A DNA stretch of 64,000 nt from an uncultured Acidobacteriota bacterium (GTDB lineage Bacteria > Acidobacteriota > Vicinamibacteria > Vicinamibacterales > Fen-181), in assembly GCA_963717945.1 (NCBI GenBank), contig CAVQXT010000007.1, positions 1,092,662 through 1,156,661 on the forward strand, written 5' to 3'. The notes under the pieces were generated by a model, which saw nothing but the letters and a program-made list of their open reading frames with translations, searched no databases and had not been told where the DNA came from. The position numbers were made by a program, and so were the translations under genes. Position 1 is the stretch's first letter. Every line of letters starts with the position of its first letter. Shown here in pieces: positions 9,235-17,604 of this stretch.

Positions 9235-10203
9235 ATGAAAGCCATCGTCTACGACACGTACGGCCCGCCCGAGGTTCTCAGGTGCGAAGAGATCGCGACG
9301 CCGGCGCCGAATGACGACCAGGTGCTCATCAAGGTGCGGGCCGCGTCGGTCAATCCCGTGGACTGGCACTTCATGAGGGGCGCGCCCTTCGCGCTTCGCG
9401 TGATGGCGGGGTGGAACAAGCCGAAGGTGACGCGGCTCGGCACCGACGTGGCCGGCGAGGTGGAGGCGGTCGGCCGGAAGGTCGCCGGGTTCACGCCGGG
9501 CGACGCGGTGTTCGGATCGTGCCGCGGGGCCTTCGCGGAGTACGTGTGCACGGCCGAGTCGGCGGTGGCCCGGAAGCCCGCCGCCGTGACGTTCGAGCAG
9601 GCCGCCGCGACGCCGGTGGCTGCGTTTACGGTGCTGCAGGGTCTTCGCGACCGGGGGAGGCTCCAGCCGGGGCAATCGATCCTCATCAATGGCGCCGCCG
9701 GCGGCGTCGGCACGCTGGCCGTCCAGGTCGCCAAGGCGTTGGGCGCGGAGGTGAGCGGCGTCTGCAGCACGAGGAACGTGGACATGGTCCGGTCGCTCGG
9801 CGCCGACCACGTCATCGACTACACCCGTGAGGACTTCACCAGGGGCGATCGACGTTACGACCTGATCTTCGACCTGGTCACGAATCACTCGTTGTCCGCC
9901 TGCAGGCGCGTGCTGAACCCCGGCGGGACTTACCTCATGATTGGAGGATCGGATGACCGGTTGCTCAGTCTGCTCTCAGTGGTGATTCGAGCCGCGGCGC
10001 TGTCCTGGTTCACGAGCCAGACGCTGGGCTTGATGCTGGCGAAGAGCAGCAAGCCGGATCTCGTCGCGATCGGCGCGCTCATGGAAGCCGGGACGGTCAC
10101 GCCGGTCATCGACAGGCGGTACGCGCTCGCCGACGTTCCCGCGGCGATTCGCTACCTGGAACTAGGTCATGCGCGAGGGAAGGTCGTCATCACGATGGCG
10201 TAA
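9235..10203 (+). CDS. NAD(P)-dependent medium-chain dehydrogenase/reductase (quinone oxidoreductase-like)
   Basis: MKAIVYDTYGPPEVL, AASVNPVD, INGAAGGVG, GHARGKVVI. Confidence 0.9.
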   Translation: MKAIVYDTYGPPEVLRCEEIATPAPNDDQVLIKVRAASVNPVDWHFMRGAPFALRVMAGWNKPKVTRLGTDVAGEVEAVGRKVAGFTPGDAVFGSCRGAFAEYVCTAESAVARKPAAVTFEQAAATPVAAFTVLQGLRDRGRLQPGQSILINGAAGGVGTLAVQVAKALGAEVSGVCSTRNVDMVRSLGADHVIDYTREDFTRGDRRYDLIFDLVTNHSLSACRRVLNPGGTYLMIGGSDDRLLSLLSVVIRAAALSWFTSQTLGLMLAKSSKPDLVAIGALMEAGTVTPVIDRRYALADVPAAIRYLELGHARGKVVITMA

Positions 10204-10233
10204 TCGACGGGGAGTCGTGAAACGGGGTGCACT

Positions 10234-10752
10234 GTGAGAAGGCGAATGTCTGCTGTCGTCGTTCTGCTCGTTGGCCTGTTCGTTGCCGGCGCCGTGACCG
10301 CGCAGCCCGTCCCGCCAGCCGCGCAGCGTTCGGCCGCCCCGGCGGCGAAGCCTGCGAATCCGACCGCGGCTGCCACGGAGGTCGAGCGCGTCGAGCGCGA
10401 GCTCGTGGCGGCGATTGGCAAGGGTGACCTCGCCACCTACGACCGGATCGTCGCCGACGACTACGTGGCCTACACCACCACCGGCCAGGAGTCGACCAAG
10501 CCGGAGATCATGGCGGCATATCGCGCGGGCACCCGCAAATACATGTCGCTCAGCATCAGCGACGTGAAGGTGCGAGTCTTCGGGGACACCGCGATCCTCG
10601 TAGCGAGGACGTCGGGGACGAGAGTGGAGGAGGGCAGGCCGCCGGAGCCGAACATCGTCCGCTACTTCCGCGTCTTCACGCGGCGCGGCGGCGCCTGGCG
10701 CGCGGTCATGCAGATGGTGACGCCGCTCCCGGCAACAACGGCAGCGCGGTAG
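10234..10752 (+). CDS. Secreted NTF2-like (DUF4440) protein
   Basis: Signal peptide; IVADDY, VRVFGDTAI, RRGGAWR pattern. Confidence 0.8.
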   Translation: MRRRMSAVVVLLVGLFVAGAVTAQPVPPAAQRSAAPAAKPANPTAAATEVERVERELVAAIGKGDLATYDRIVADDYVAYTTTGQESTKPEIMAAYRAGTRKYMSLSISDVKVRVFGDTAILVARTSGTRVEEGRPPEPNIVRYFRVFTRRGGAWRAVMQMVTPLPATTAAR

Positions 10753-10785
10753 AGCCGAGGCGGTGCGGAGTGGCGGCGCCGGGTG

Positions 10786-11130
10786 TCAGACTTGTCCGTC
10801 GATGTATGCCGCGATTCGTTCGCGGCTCCACCCGTGGTCGTCGTTGAGGTGGATGATCAGCGAGTCGAGGAAGTGTTGTTTGATGCACCCTGGCTCGGGG
10901 CACCTGCGGACACGATCGTCCAGGCACGTGAAGAACTTGTAGATCCCCTTCGGGCGGATTCCCGTGGCGTCGACCGGGAGGCGATAGATCCCCTCGTAGG
11001 CTGCGCCGAGCGCGTCGGAGCAGTCCCGGCCCTCGAAATACGCGCCGAACATCTGGTGATGCCGGCGCCGGGCCCCGTCGCGAATCGCGGCCGCGAGTTC
11101 CTGTTCATCGGGACGGACGGCTCTGGTCAT
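10786..11130 (-). CDS. Hypothetical protein with C-terminal CPxxxC...HLNDDHGWSRERIA motif
   Basis: Coding-like sequence MTRAVRPDEQELAAAIRDG...; GGAG upstream of ATG 11130. Confidence 0.65.
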   Translation of the reverse strand: MTRAVRPDEQELAAAIRDGARRRHHQMFGAYFEGRDCSDALGAAYEGIYRLPVDATGIRPKGIYKFFTCLDDRVRRCPEPGCIKQHFLDSLIIHLNDDHGWSRERIAAYIDGQV

Positions 11131-11372
11131 CGTCGGCTCCACTGTAGAGCATGGAAAACCCGTGCCAGCCGGGACCTTCGGATTCGCTCGATTTCTCGCC
11201 CGACACGCGAGCCGGAGACAATCCGGCCCGCCATCACGTCCCGGGTTCGAACACGCGGGTGTCCGCAAGCGGGCGTCCGTCCGCGTCCCTCTGGTGTCTA
11301 ATGGGGCAGGAGCGAGTGCCGGGAGTGAGGGGCTCAGTCCGACGTAATCCTCTGTCGCCAAGACAGGAGGCC

Positions 11373-11489
11373 ATGATGGTCCCGACGAATCGGTTTCCGC
11401 TCATCACCCTGGGGTGGCAGACCTGGTCGATCCTCGTGGTGGTCTTCGTGCTCGTGATCGCGGCCGCCGCGTTTCTCCTGTTCGCCTGA
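11373..11489 (+). CDS. Small single-pass membrane peptide (38 aa)
   Basis: AGGAGG directly upstream; MMVPTNRFPLITLGWQTWSILVVVFVLVIAAAAFLLFA. Confidence 0.5.
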   Translation: MMVPTNRFPLITLGWQTWSILVVVFVLVIAAAAFLLFA

Positions 11490-11549
11490 AGGCACTCCAG
11501 GCCGGAAGAGGAGAAAGAGCCCCGCTCTGCGAGCGGCGGGGCCCCCAGC

Positions 11550-12689
11550 TCACTGTCTCTCGAGGACGCCTCGGTACGGAATGACCTGCCCGGCCTCGAT
11601 CGTCACGTCCCACTCCAGCGGGCTGTAGCCGTCGCGCTGGATCGCGATCCGGTGCGGGCCCGGCTCGAGCGTCAGCGGCTCGCTGCTCGGGCCGAACGTG
11701 CCGACGACCCCGACGTATTGCCCGTCCACGAACAGGTTGGCGTCGGCCGGCTGGATGTCGAAGCTCATGCCGCCGTATGCCGATGTCGTCGTCGACGAAT
11801 CCGGCAACGGCTGGTAGCCGCCGTCCGCATACACTCCGAACACGGTCGGCTGATAGCTACCCAGGTAGACCCAGGGATACGGCACCGGGTAGCCGCACCA
11901 GATGCCGAACCCAAGGCTCAACCACGGCGAGAACGCGTAATAGGGCCGGGCGAAGCGGTACGGGTAGTAGGGCGCCCACCCGTAGGGGCGGGCGTAGGAG
12001 CGCGAGAAGTACGGACGGATCATGCTCGGATGGCCGCCGTAACCGCGGTAGCCGGGGGACGCGTAACCGGGCCCGCGTCCGCCGCGATAGGCCGGCGAAC
12101 TGTAACGGGGCCCAGCCGTTCGGGGCCCGTACGAGCCATTTCCGTACGACCGGGGCAGTGCCTGCGATCCGGAATACGGACGATTACCATACGACCGGGG
12201 CGCCGCCTGCGACCCGGAGTAGGGACGATTCCCGTTCGAGCGGGGCAGCGACTGCGGCGCCGAGTACGAACGATTCCCGTTCGACCGGGGCATCGACTGC
12301 GGCGCCGAGTACGAACGATTCCCGTTCGACCGGGGCATCGACTGGGGTGCCGAGTACGAGCGATTCCCGTTGGATCGGGGCATCGACTGCGGTGCCGAGT
12401 ACGAGCGATTCCCGTTGGACCGGGGCATCGACTGCGGCGCCGAGTACGAACGGTTCCCGTTGGACCGGGGCATCGACTGCGGTGCCGAGTACGATCCGTG
12501 AGGCGCGCTCTGCCGGGGCTGCGCCGACGCCCGAGGTGACGACTGGCGCGGCGCCGACTGCCCGCCCGATGGGCGTCCGCCGCCATTCTGTTGTCCGCCG
12601 CCCCGCCGCTCTTGGGCGGTGGCCGGCAGGGCCGCAATGCTCAAGGCAGCTACGATGACGGCCGATGCGACCGAAAATGTGTGCTTCAT
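11550..12689 (-). CDS. Secreted PEGA-domain protein with repetitive low-complexity N-terminus
   Basis: Signal MKHTFSVASAVIVAALSIAALPATA; C-terminal PADANLFVDG...LEPGPHRIAIQRDGY (PEGA-like). Confidence 0.85.
   Translation of the reverse strand: MKHTFSVASAVIVAALSIAALPATAQERRGGGQQNGGGRPSGGQSAPRQSSPRASAQPRQSAPHGSYSAPQSMPRSNGNRSYSAPQSMPRSNGNRSYSAPQSMPRSNGNRSYSAPQSMPRSNGNRSYSAPQSMPRSNGNRSYSAPQSLPRSNGNRPYSGSQAAPRSYGNRPYSGSQALPRSYGNGSYGPRTAGPRYSSPAYRGGRGPGYASPGYRGYGGHPSMIRPYFSRSYARPYGWAPYYPYRFARPYYAFSPWLSLGFGIWCGYPVPYPWVYLGSYQPTVFGVYADGGYQPLPDSSTTTSAYGGMSFDIQPADANLFVDGQYVGVVGTFGPSSEPLTLEPGPHRIAIQRDGYSPLEWDVTIEAGQVIPYRGVLERQ
12135..12494 (-). repeat. Coding tandem repeat, about 8 x 45 nt (SYSAPQSMPRSNGNR)
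   Basis: Five identical peptide units and three diverged ones within the PEGA gene. Confidence 0.9.
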
Positions 12690-12936
12690 GTGGTTCCCTT
12701 GCTGTCTCCCGAAGGCAGCGGCAGGTGCCTGACGCCGCGTACACTCGCAACCGCGATGCCAACCGGGATTGTGGCGATTACTGGACATTCCCGGTGGGCC
12801 GACGGGAGCGGCTGCTAGAGCGTCCACAATCGAGGACATCGGCGACGTGTGCCTCGCGCCCGCGTACAAGGAAGGGGCCACCGCGGCGGTGGCCCCTGGC
12901 AATAGTCGGCGGAGTCCGCTCGGTCGTCCGCCCGCG

Positions 12937-13407
12937 CTACTTTTTCACGATCATCGTGCCGTGCGACGCGACGCACTGCCACTGCCCGGCTCGCTTGACC
13001 CAGGTGTCGGTCCACTGAGACCTGCCACTGTCCGGCTTGCCCTTTTTCGTGCCCTTCCAGACCGAGATGCCGGTGGCGACGGCGGTATCGCCGTAGGCCT
13101 GCACCTTCAGGTCATCGTACGTGAGCGTCTCGTAAGTGTAGGCGTGGCTCTTCACGTCAGCGACCATTGACGCCTTCCCCGTCACGACGCCCTCCTCATC
13201 CGTGTTGACAAGGGTGTCGGCCATATGGCGTTCGAACCACGCGGCGTCGAACTTCAAAGAGGCGTCGATCCACGCGCGCTCGAGCGCGCTCACTTCCTGT
13301 TCGACACTCTGACCCTTGCCCGGCGCGGCCTTCTGCGCGGCCGCCTGTCCGAAGGCGAGGCCGGGCAGTGCCAGCATCACGAGAGCAACGACAAACAGTC
13401 TCTTCAT
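12937..13407 (-). CDS. Secreted NTF2-like (DUF4440) protein
   Basis: Signal MKRLFVVALVMLALPGLAFG; VQAYGDTAVATG, WTDTWVKRAGQWQCVASH. Confidence 0.85.
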   Translation of the reverse strand: MKRLFVVALVMLALPGLAFGQAAAQKAAPGKGQSVEQEVSALERAWIDASLKFDAAWFERHMADTLVNTDEEGVVTGKASMVADVKSHAYTYETLTYDDLKVQAYGDTAVATGISVWKGTKKGKPDSGRSQWTDTWVKRAGQWQCVASHGTMIVKK

Positions 13408-13578
13408 CGGGAGCTCCTCTTGACGGGTTTGTAGGCGTCGAAGAGTCTCGAGCGGACGCCCCGAGCCGTCGTGTCCACCCTGGACCAACGGCACGTGCGG
13501 AACCCCCCGATGGTCTTCTCGACGCCAATTTGTGGAACGGATGAGGTTTAAGGCTATGCCCCACTGGCCGGGCTGTCA

Positions 13579-13608
13579 AACAAAAAGGGCTACAACAAAA
13601 AGGGCTAC
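13579..13608. repeat. Direct tandem duplication AACAAAAAGGGCTAC x2
   Basis: Read directly; AT-richer patch in the divergent intergenic region. Confidence 0.85.
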
Positions 13609-13766
13609 CACGCGGGCGCTCGCGATGTGAGCCGGCCTAGACAGCGATGGATCTGACGGTTCGGCAATGGCGCGGGTTATCGGGACCCTACCGTGTTCAA
13701 TACTGAACATCTTGCCGGTGTGCGTCCAGTCATCATCAACCGTCGCGCCCCTTCGGAAGGCCCAGT

Positions 13767-14636
13767 CCGGTTGACCTCAGCGAACTGTCGGTTCGGACGC
13801 TCGCCTACGCCGGCGCAATCGCAAAGTGGTACGACGCCCGGCTGACCGCCTTGCACGTGGCCCCTTCATTTACGCCGATGGAGGTTTGGACCGGCCTCGA
13901 GCACGTCAACCTGGTGTATCCCGTCTCGCGGGATGAGGTGCTCGAACAGCTGCGGCAGGCCGTGGCCGCGGCGGGCTTGGGCGAGGGGACGGTCGCTCTG
14001 ACGGCCGAAGCTGGCGAAGCGGCGGCCACGATCGTAGACCGGGCTGTCGCGACGCGCGCCGACCTCCTCGTGATGGGCACGCACGGCCGCAGCGGGTTCG
14101 ACCGATTCTTTCTCGGGTCTGTGGCCGAGAAGGTGCTGCGGAAGGCGCCGTGCCCGGTCTTGACCGTGCCGCCGCACGCGCCCGCCACCCCGCCGTCCCA
14201 CGTGGCGCTCCGGACCATCCTCTGTCCAATCGACTTTTCGCCAGCCGCGTTGGAGGCGTTCGGATTCGCCCTCGATTTCGCGCGCCGCGCCGACGCGTCA
14301 GTCGTCCTGGTCCACGCGATCGAATTCCTGGCAGAAGACGAACCACTCGAGAACGCGCATTTCAACGTCCCGGAGTTTCGATCCTACCTGCTCGAGGATG
14401 CCAGGCAGCGGCTCGCGACCCTGGCTTCTGGGGAACCGCGACTGAGCCGCGGCGTCAGAACCGTCGTCGTGGTCGGCCGCGCGCACCACGGTATTCTCCA
14501 GGTCGCGGCGGATGAAGGCACCGATCTGATCGTCATGGGCGCTCAGGGACGTGGCGGTGCCGCCCTGGCGCTCTTCGGGTCGACGACGCAGCAAGTGGTG
14601 CGAGGCGCGACCTGTCCAGTCCTGACGGTCCGTTAG
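13767..14636 (+). pseudogene. Tandem-domain universal stress protein, apparently 5'-truncated
   Basis: Two Usp domains ([12 protein letters not shown]...[17 protein letters not shown]; DLIVMGAQG...FGSTTQQVV). Homology extends upstream in frame to PVDLSELS at 13767, but no ATG/GTG/TTG occurs between the in-frame TGA at 13704 and that point. Confidence 0.7.
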
Positions 14637-14664
14637 GCGAGCGCGTCACCACGAGAAGCCGAGG

Positions 14665-15135
14665 TCAGCGGATCGGACCGGACAGGCGCGCCGGGTCCTC
14701 GATCGCGCTGACGTTCTTCGCGATCCATCGCTGGATCTTGACCGCGGCGTCCCGTGCGGCTTTCTCCCAGGTATCGCCGCTGCCGTCTGCCGTGAACGAC
14801 TTTCCGGCCGCCGTGACCAGGAGATGCACTTCAAGCAGTCGAGGGTCGTCCTCGTTGACGTTGCGGCTCACGACCTCGACCTGGACCTTGGGGCGCGCCC
14901 CCTTGTCCACTTCGTCGACGCTGACCGAGTCGTTGACTTTCCCAAAGAGACAGCCGCGCAGGTCCTTCACCGTCTCCCGGCGTTCAGCCAGGTCGGGCAA
15001 CTCGAGCGTGGGATCGCTGGGCTCGGGCGTGAACACGAGGGTGGGGATGACGTAGAGGTGCTGCCTCTGCGCGAGTACCGAGACAGCGCCCGCGACGACA
15101 AACAGCACGGCGACGATTGGCAGGGCGCGTTTCAT
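14665..15135 (-). CDS. Hypothetical secreted protein
   Basis: GGAGG RBS; signal MKRALPIVAVLFVVAGAVSVLA. Confidence 0.7.
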   Translation of the reverse strand: MKRALPIVAVLFVVAGAVSVLAQRQHLYVIPTLVFTPEPSDPTLELPDLAERRETVKDLRGCLFGKVNDSVSVDEVDKGARPKVQVEVVSRNVNEDDPRLLEVHLLVTAAGKSFTADGSGDTWEKAARDAAVKIQRWIAKNVSAIEDPARLSGPIR

Positions 15136-15247
15136 GGCAACCTCCCAACGACCGCGCGCGAAACCCGCGGGGCGGCTCAGCCATTGGACCGCACCGCTGT
15201 CCCGCGTGGGCCGTACACCCAGAATAGGGGACATCGTCGAGTCGTGT

Positions 15248-16150
15248 CTAATCAGAACGACTCACTTCTGTCATTTGAGGTCCGGCTCGGAGAGGGTTGG
15301 TCTCGACCTCTGAGATTCTACGGAGCCGACTCACCGAACACAGCACGACGAGCAGGAAGCTGACCGTGGCGGCGCACGTGATGAGGAACGCCGGATCGAC
15401 GCCGGTCTCCGAGATCGGTCGCGCGGTGAAGTCGCCGGCGATGCCGGTCCACCAATAGGCGAACAGCCCCACGTCCATGAGGACGTGTCCGATCATGCAC
15501 GGCACGAGAGAGCGGGAGGACCACGCGAGGAGCCCAAGCAAGATCCCCGCCCCAAATACGATCGGCACCATCCCGATCAGGGCCCAGGCCTTGGTGAGGT
15601 GGAGGAGCATGAAGAAGAACGCGGAGGCGAGAATGGCGATCGGCGCGCCGTGGCGTTCTTCAATGGGCCGCTGCATGTAACCGCGAAACCCGGTCTCTTC
15701 ACAGATTCCCGCCGATGCGGCCGAGACCACCACGGCGACCCACTTCAAAGGGAGAGACGGAAGGGAGGACAAGTCGTAGCCGCGACGGAACGCGTCGGCC
15801 GGAAACGGCACCAGCCGAAACAGCACCACGATCGCCGCGTGAATCGTCGCTGCGAAGGAGAGCGCGGCCACGAGGCCCCAGAACCACTGTGCCGGCGAGA
15901 GCACGCCGCTTCGAAAGGCGAATCGGCGCGCGGCGTGCGTGCTTCGCGGTGGGCCTCCGCCGCGCGTCCACCAGACGTAGGTCCCGAGGAACGCCACTTC
16001 GAGCGTTGCCGCGAGCGGCACCCCGAAGGTCCACAGCAAAGGTGGCCACACGTTGGCCGCGATGAGCGCGACGAGAAGACCGGACACCACGGCCCGGACC
16101 GACACGGGCCACCTGGCAAAGCGACCGGGTAGCGCCTCTTGCGTCGTCAT
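15248..16150 (-). CDS. CPBP-family (Abi/CAAX) intramembrane metalloprotease
   Basis: EETGFRG, FFMLLH, MIGHVLMD motifs; multiple TM helices. Confidence 0.85.
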   Translation of the reverse strand: MTTQEALPGRFARWPVSVRAVVSGLLVALIAANVWPPLLWTFGVPLAATLEVAFLGTYVWWTRGGGPPRSTHAARRFAFRSGVLSPAQWFWGLVAALSFAATIHAAIVVLFRLVPFPADAFRRGYDLSSLPSLPLKWVAVVVSAASAGICEETGFRGYMQRPIEERHGAPIAILASAFFFMLLHLTKAWALIGMVPIVFGAGILLGLLAWSSRSLVPCMIGHVLMDVGLFAYWWTGIAGDFTARPISETGVDPAFLITCAATVSFLLVVLCSVSRLRRISEVETNPLRAGPQMTEVSRSD

Positions 16151-16328
16151 CGTCGTTGCCTGCTGGCGTACGCGCGACACGGGAATCCTCGCCCGCATCG
16201 TTGGCGTGCGATATGCGGGCGCAAAGCGATCCGACGATCTCCAAGCTAAAACTGGACTCCGCCAGTCTACAATATGCCATACTCATCCTTGGGAACGACC
16301 TCAGTCTGGACTCGGCGGAGGCGACGCC

Positions 16329-17453
16329 ATGAAAGTCGTGGTCGCGGGAGCCGGCTTCGGCGGCCTGGAGACGGCCACCTGCCTGAGCGAAACGCTCGGC
16401 GGCCATGCCGACGTGACGCTCATCGACAAGAACGACAGCTTCGTTCTCGGATACGCGAAGCTCGACGTCATGTTCGGGCGCACGACGGTGGACGCGATCC
16501 GCTTCCCCTATCGCGCATTCGCCAAAACCGGCGTGAGGTTCAGGCAGGAGATCGTCACCGCGATCGACCCCAGCGCCAAACGTGTCACGACCGACAAGGG
16601 GACCTACGACGCCGATGTGCTCGTCGTCGCACTCGGCGCGGACTACGACGTGTCGGCCACGCCCGGGCTGGCGGGCGGCGGGCACGAGTTCTACTCGGTC
16701 GCCGGGGCCATGAAGCTGCGCGACATCCTGCCGAGGTTCATGGGCGGGACGGTTGTGGTCGGCGTGATGACCCCGCATTACAAGTGCCCGCCTGCGCCGA
16801 GCGAGGCCGCCATGCTGATGCACGACTACCTGACCGCGCGCGGGCTGCGCGGCCGGTCCCGAATCATCATGACCACTCCCATGCCTTCGCCGCTCCCCGT
16901 GTCGAAGGAAGCGGGCGATGCCATCCTGGCCCGCTTCGAACAGCTCGGGATCGAGTGCCTCGTGGCCGTGACGCCGACGCGGGTGGATGGCGCCGCACGA
17001 CGGTTTCACGTCTCGAACGGCGTCGCGCTCGACTACGACCTGCTGCTCGCCGTTCCGGTACACGTGGCTCCGCCCGTGGTCCTGGAGTCTGGGTTGGCGG
17101 AGGGCGGCTGGATTCCGGTGGACCGCGCGACGCTCAGGACGCGTTTCGCGGACGTCTATGCCATCGGCGACGTCACCAGCGTTGGTACGCCGCGGGCCGG
17201 CACGTTTGCGGAAGGAGCGGGCAGGGTGGTCGCCGCGCAGATCATCGCCCGCGGCCGAGGCGGGGACGTCGCCCGGTATCAGGGCGACGGCCACTGCTAC
17301 ATCGAATTCGGCGAGAACCAGATCTCCGAGATTTCCGTGAACTTCCTCGGCGGCCCGAAGCCCACGAGCCAGTACATCGGCACCACGCCCGAGGGGGTCG
17401 CAAACAAGCGGCTGTTCGGCTCCATCCGCGCGAGTCGGTGGTTCGGGATGTAG
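16329..17453 (+). CDS. FAD-dependent oxidoreductase, sulfide:quinone oxidoreductase-like
   Basis: GAGFGG Rossmann motif, YKCPPAPSE, VYAIGDVT, second Cys in GHCYIEFG; GGAGG RBS. Confidence 0.8.
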   Translation: MKVVVAGAGFGGLETATCLSETLGGHADVTLIDKNDSFVLGYAKLDVMFGRTTVDAIRFPYRAFAKTGVRFRQEIVTAIDPSAKRVTTDKGTYDADVLVVALGADYDVSATPGLAGGGHEFYSVAGAMKLRDILPRFMGGTVVVGVMTPHYKCPPAPSEAAMLMHDYLTARGLRGRSRIIMTTPMPSPLPVSKEAGDAILARFEQLGIECLVAVTPTRVDGAARRFHVSNGVALDYDLLLAVPVHVAPPVVLESGLAEGGWIPVDRATLRTRFADVYAIGDVTSVGTPRAGTFAEGAGRVVAAQIIARGRGGDVARYQGDGHCYIEFGENQISEISVNFLGGPKPTSQYIGTTPEGVANKRLFGSIRASRWFGM

Positions 17454-17604
17454 GTATGCCATCGGTTGACACGTCCGACCGTCGGGTCCAGGCTTCGGCT
17501 GGGAACGCCCAAAACGACGATTCGGCCTGCACGGGAGCTCTGGGCAAGACCAGCCTCATCGTCTTCGGAACGTCGAAGACGGGTTCTACCTGAGAGGAGA
17601 GAAC

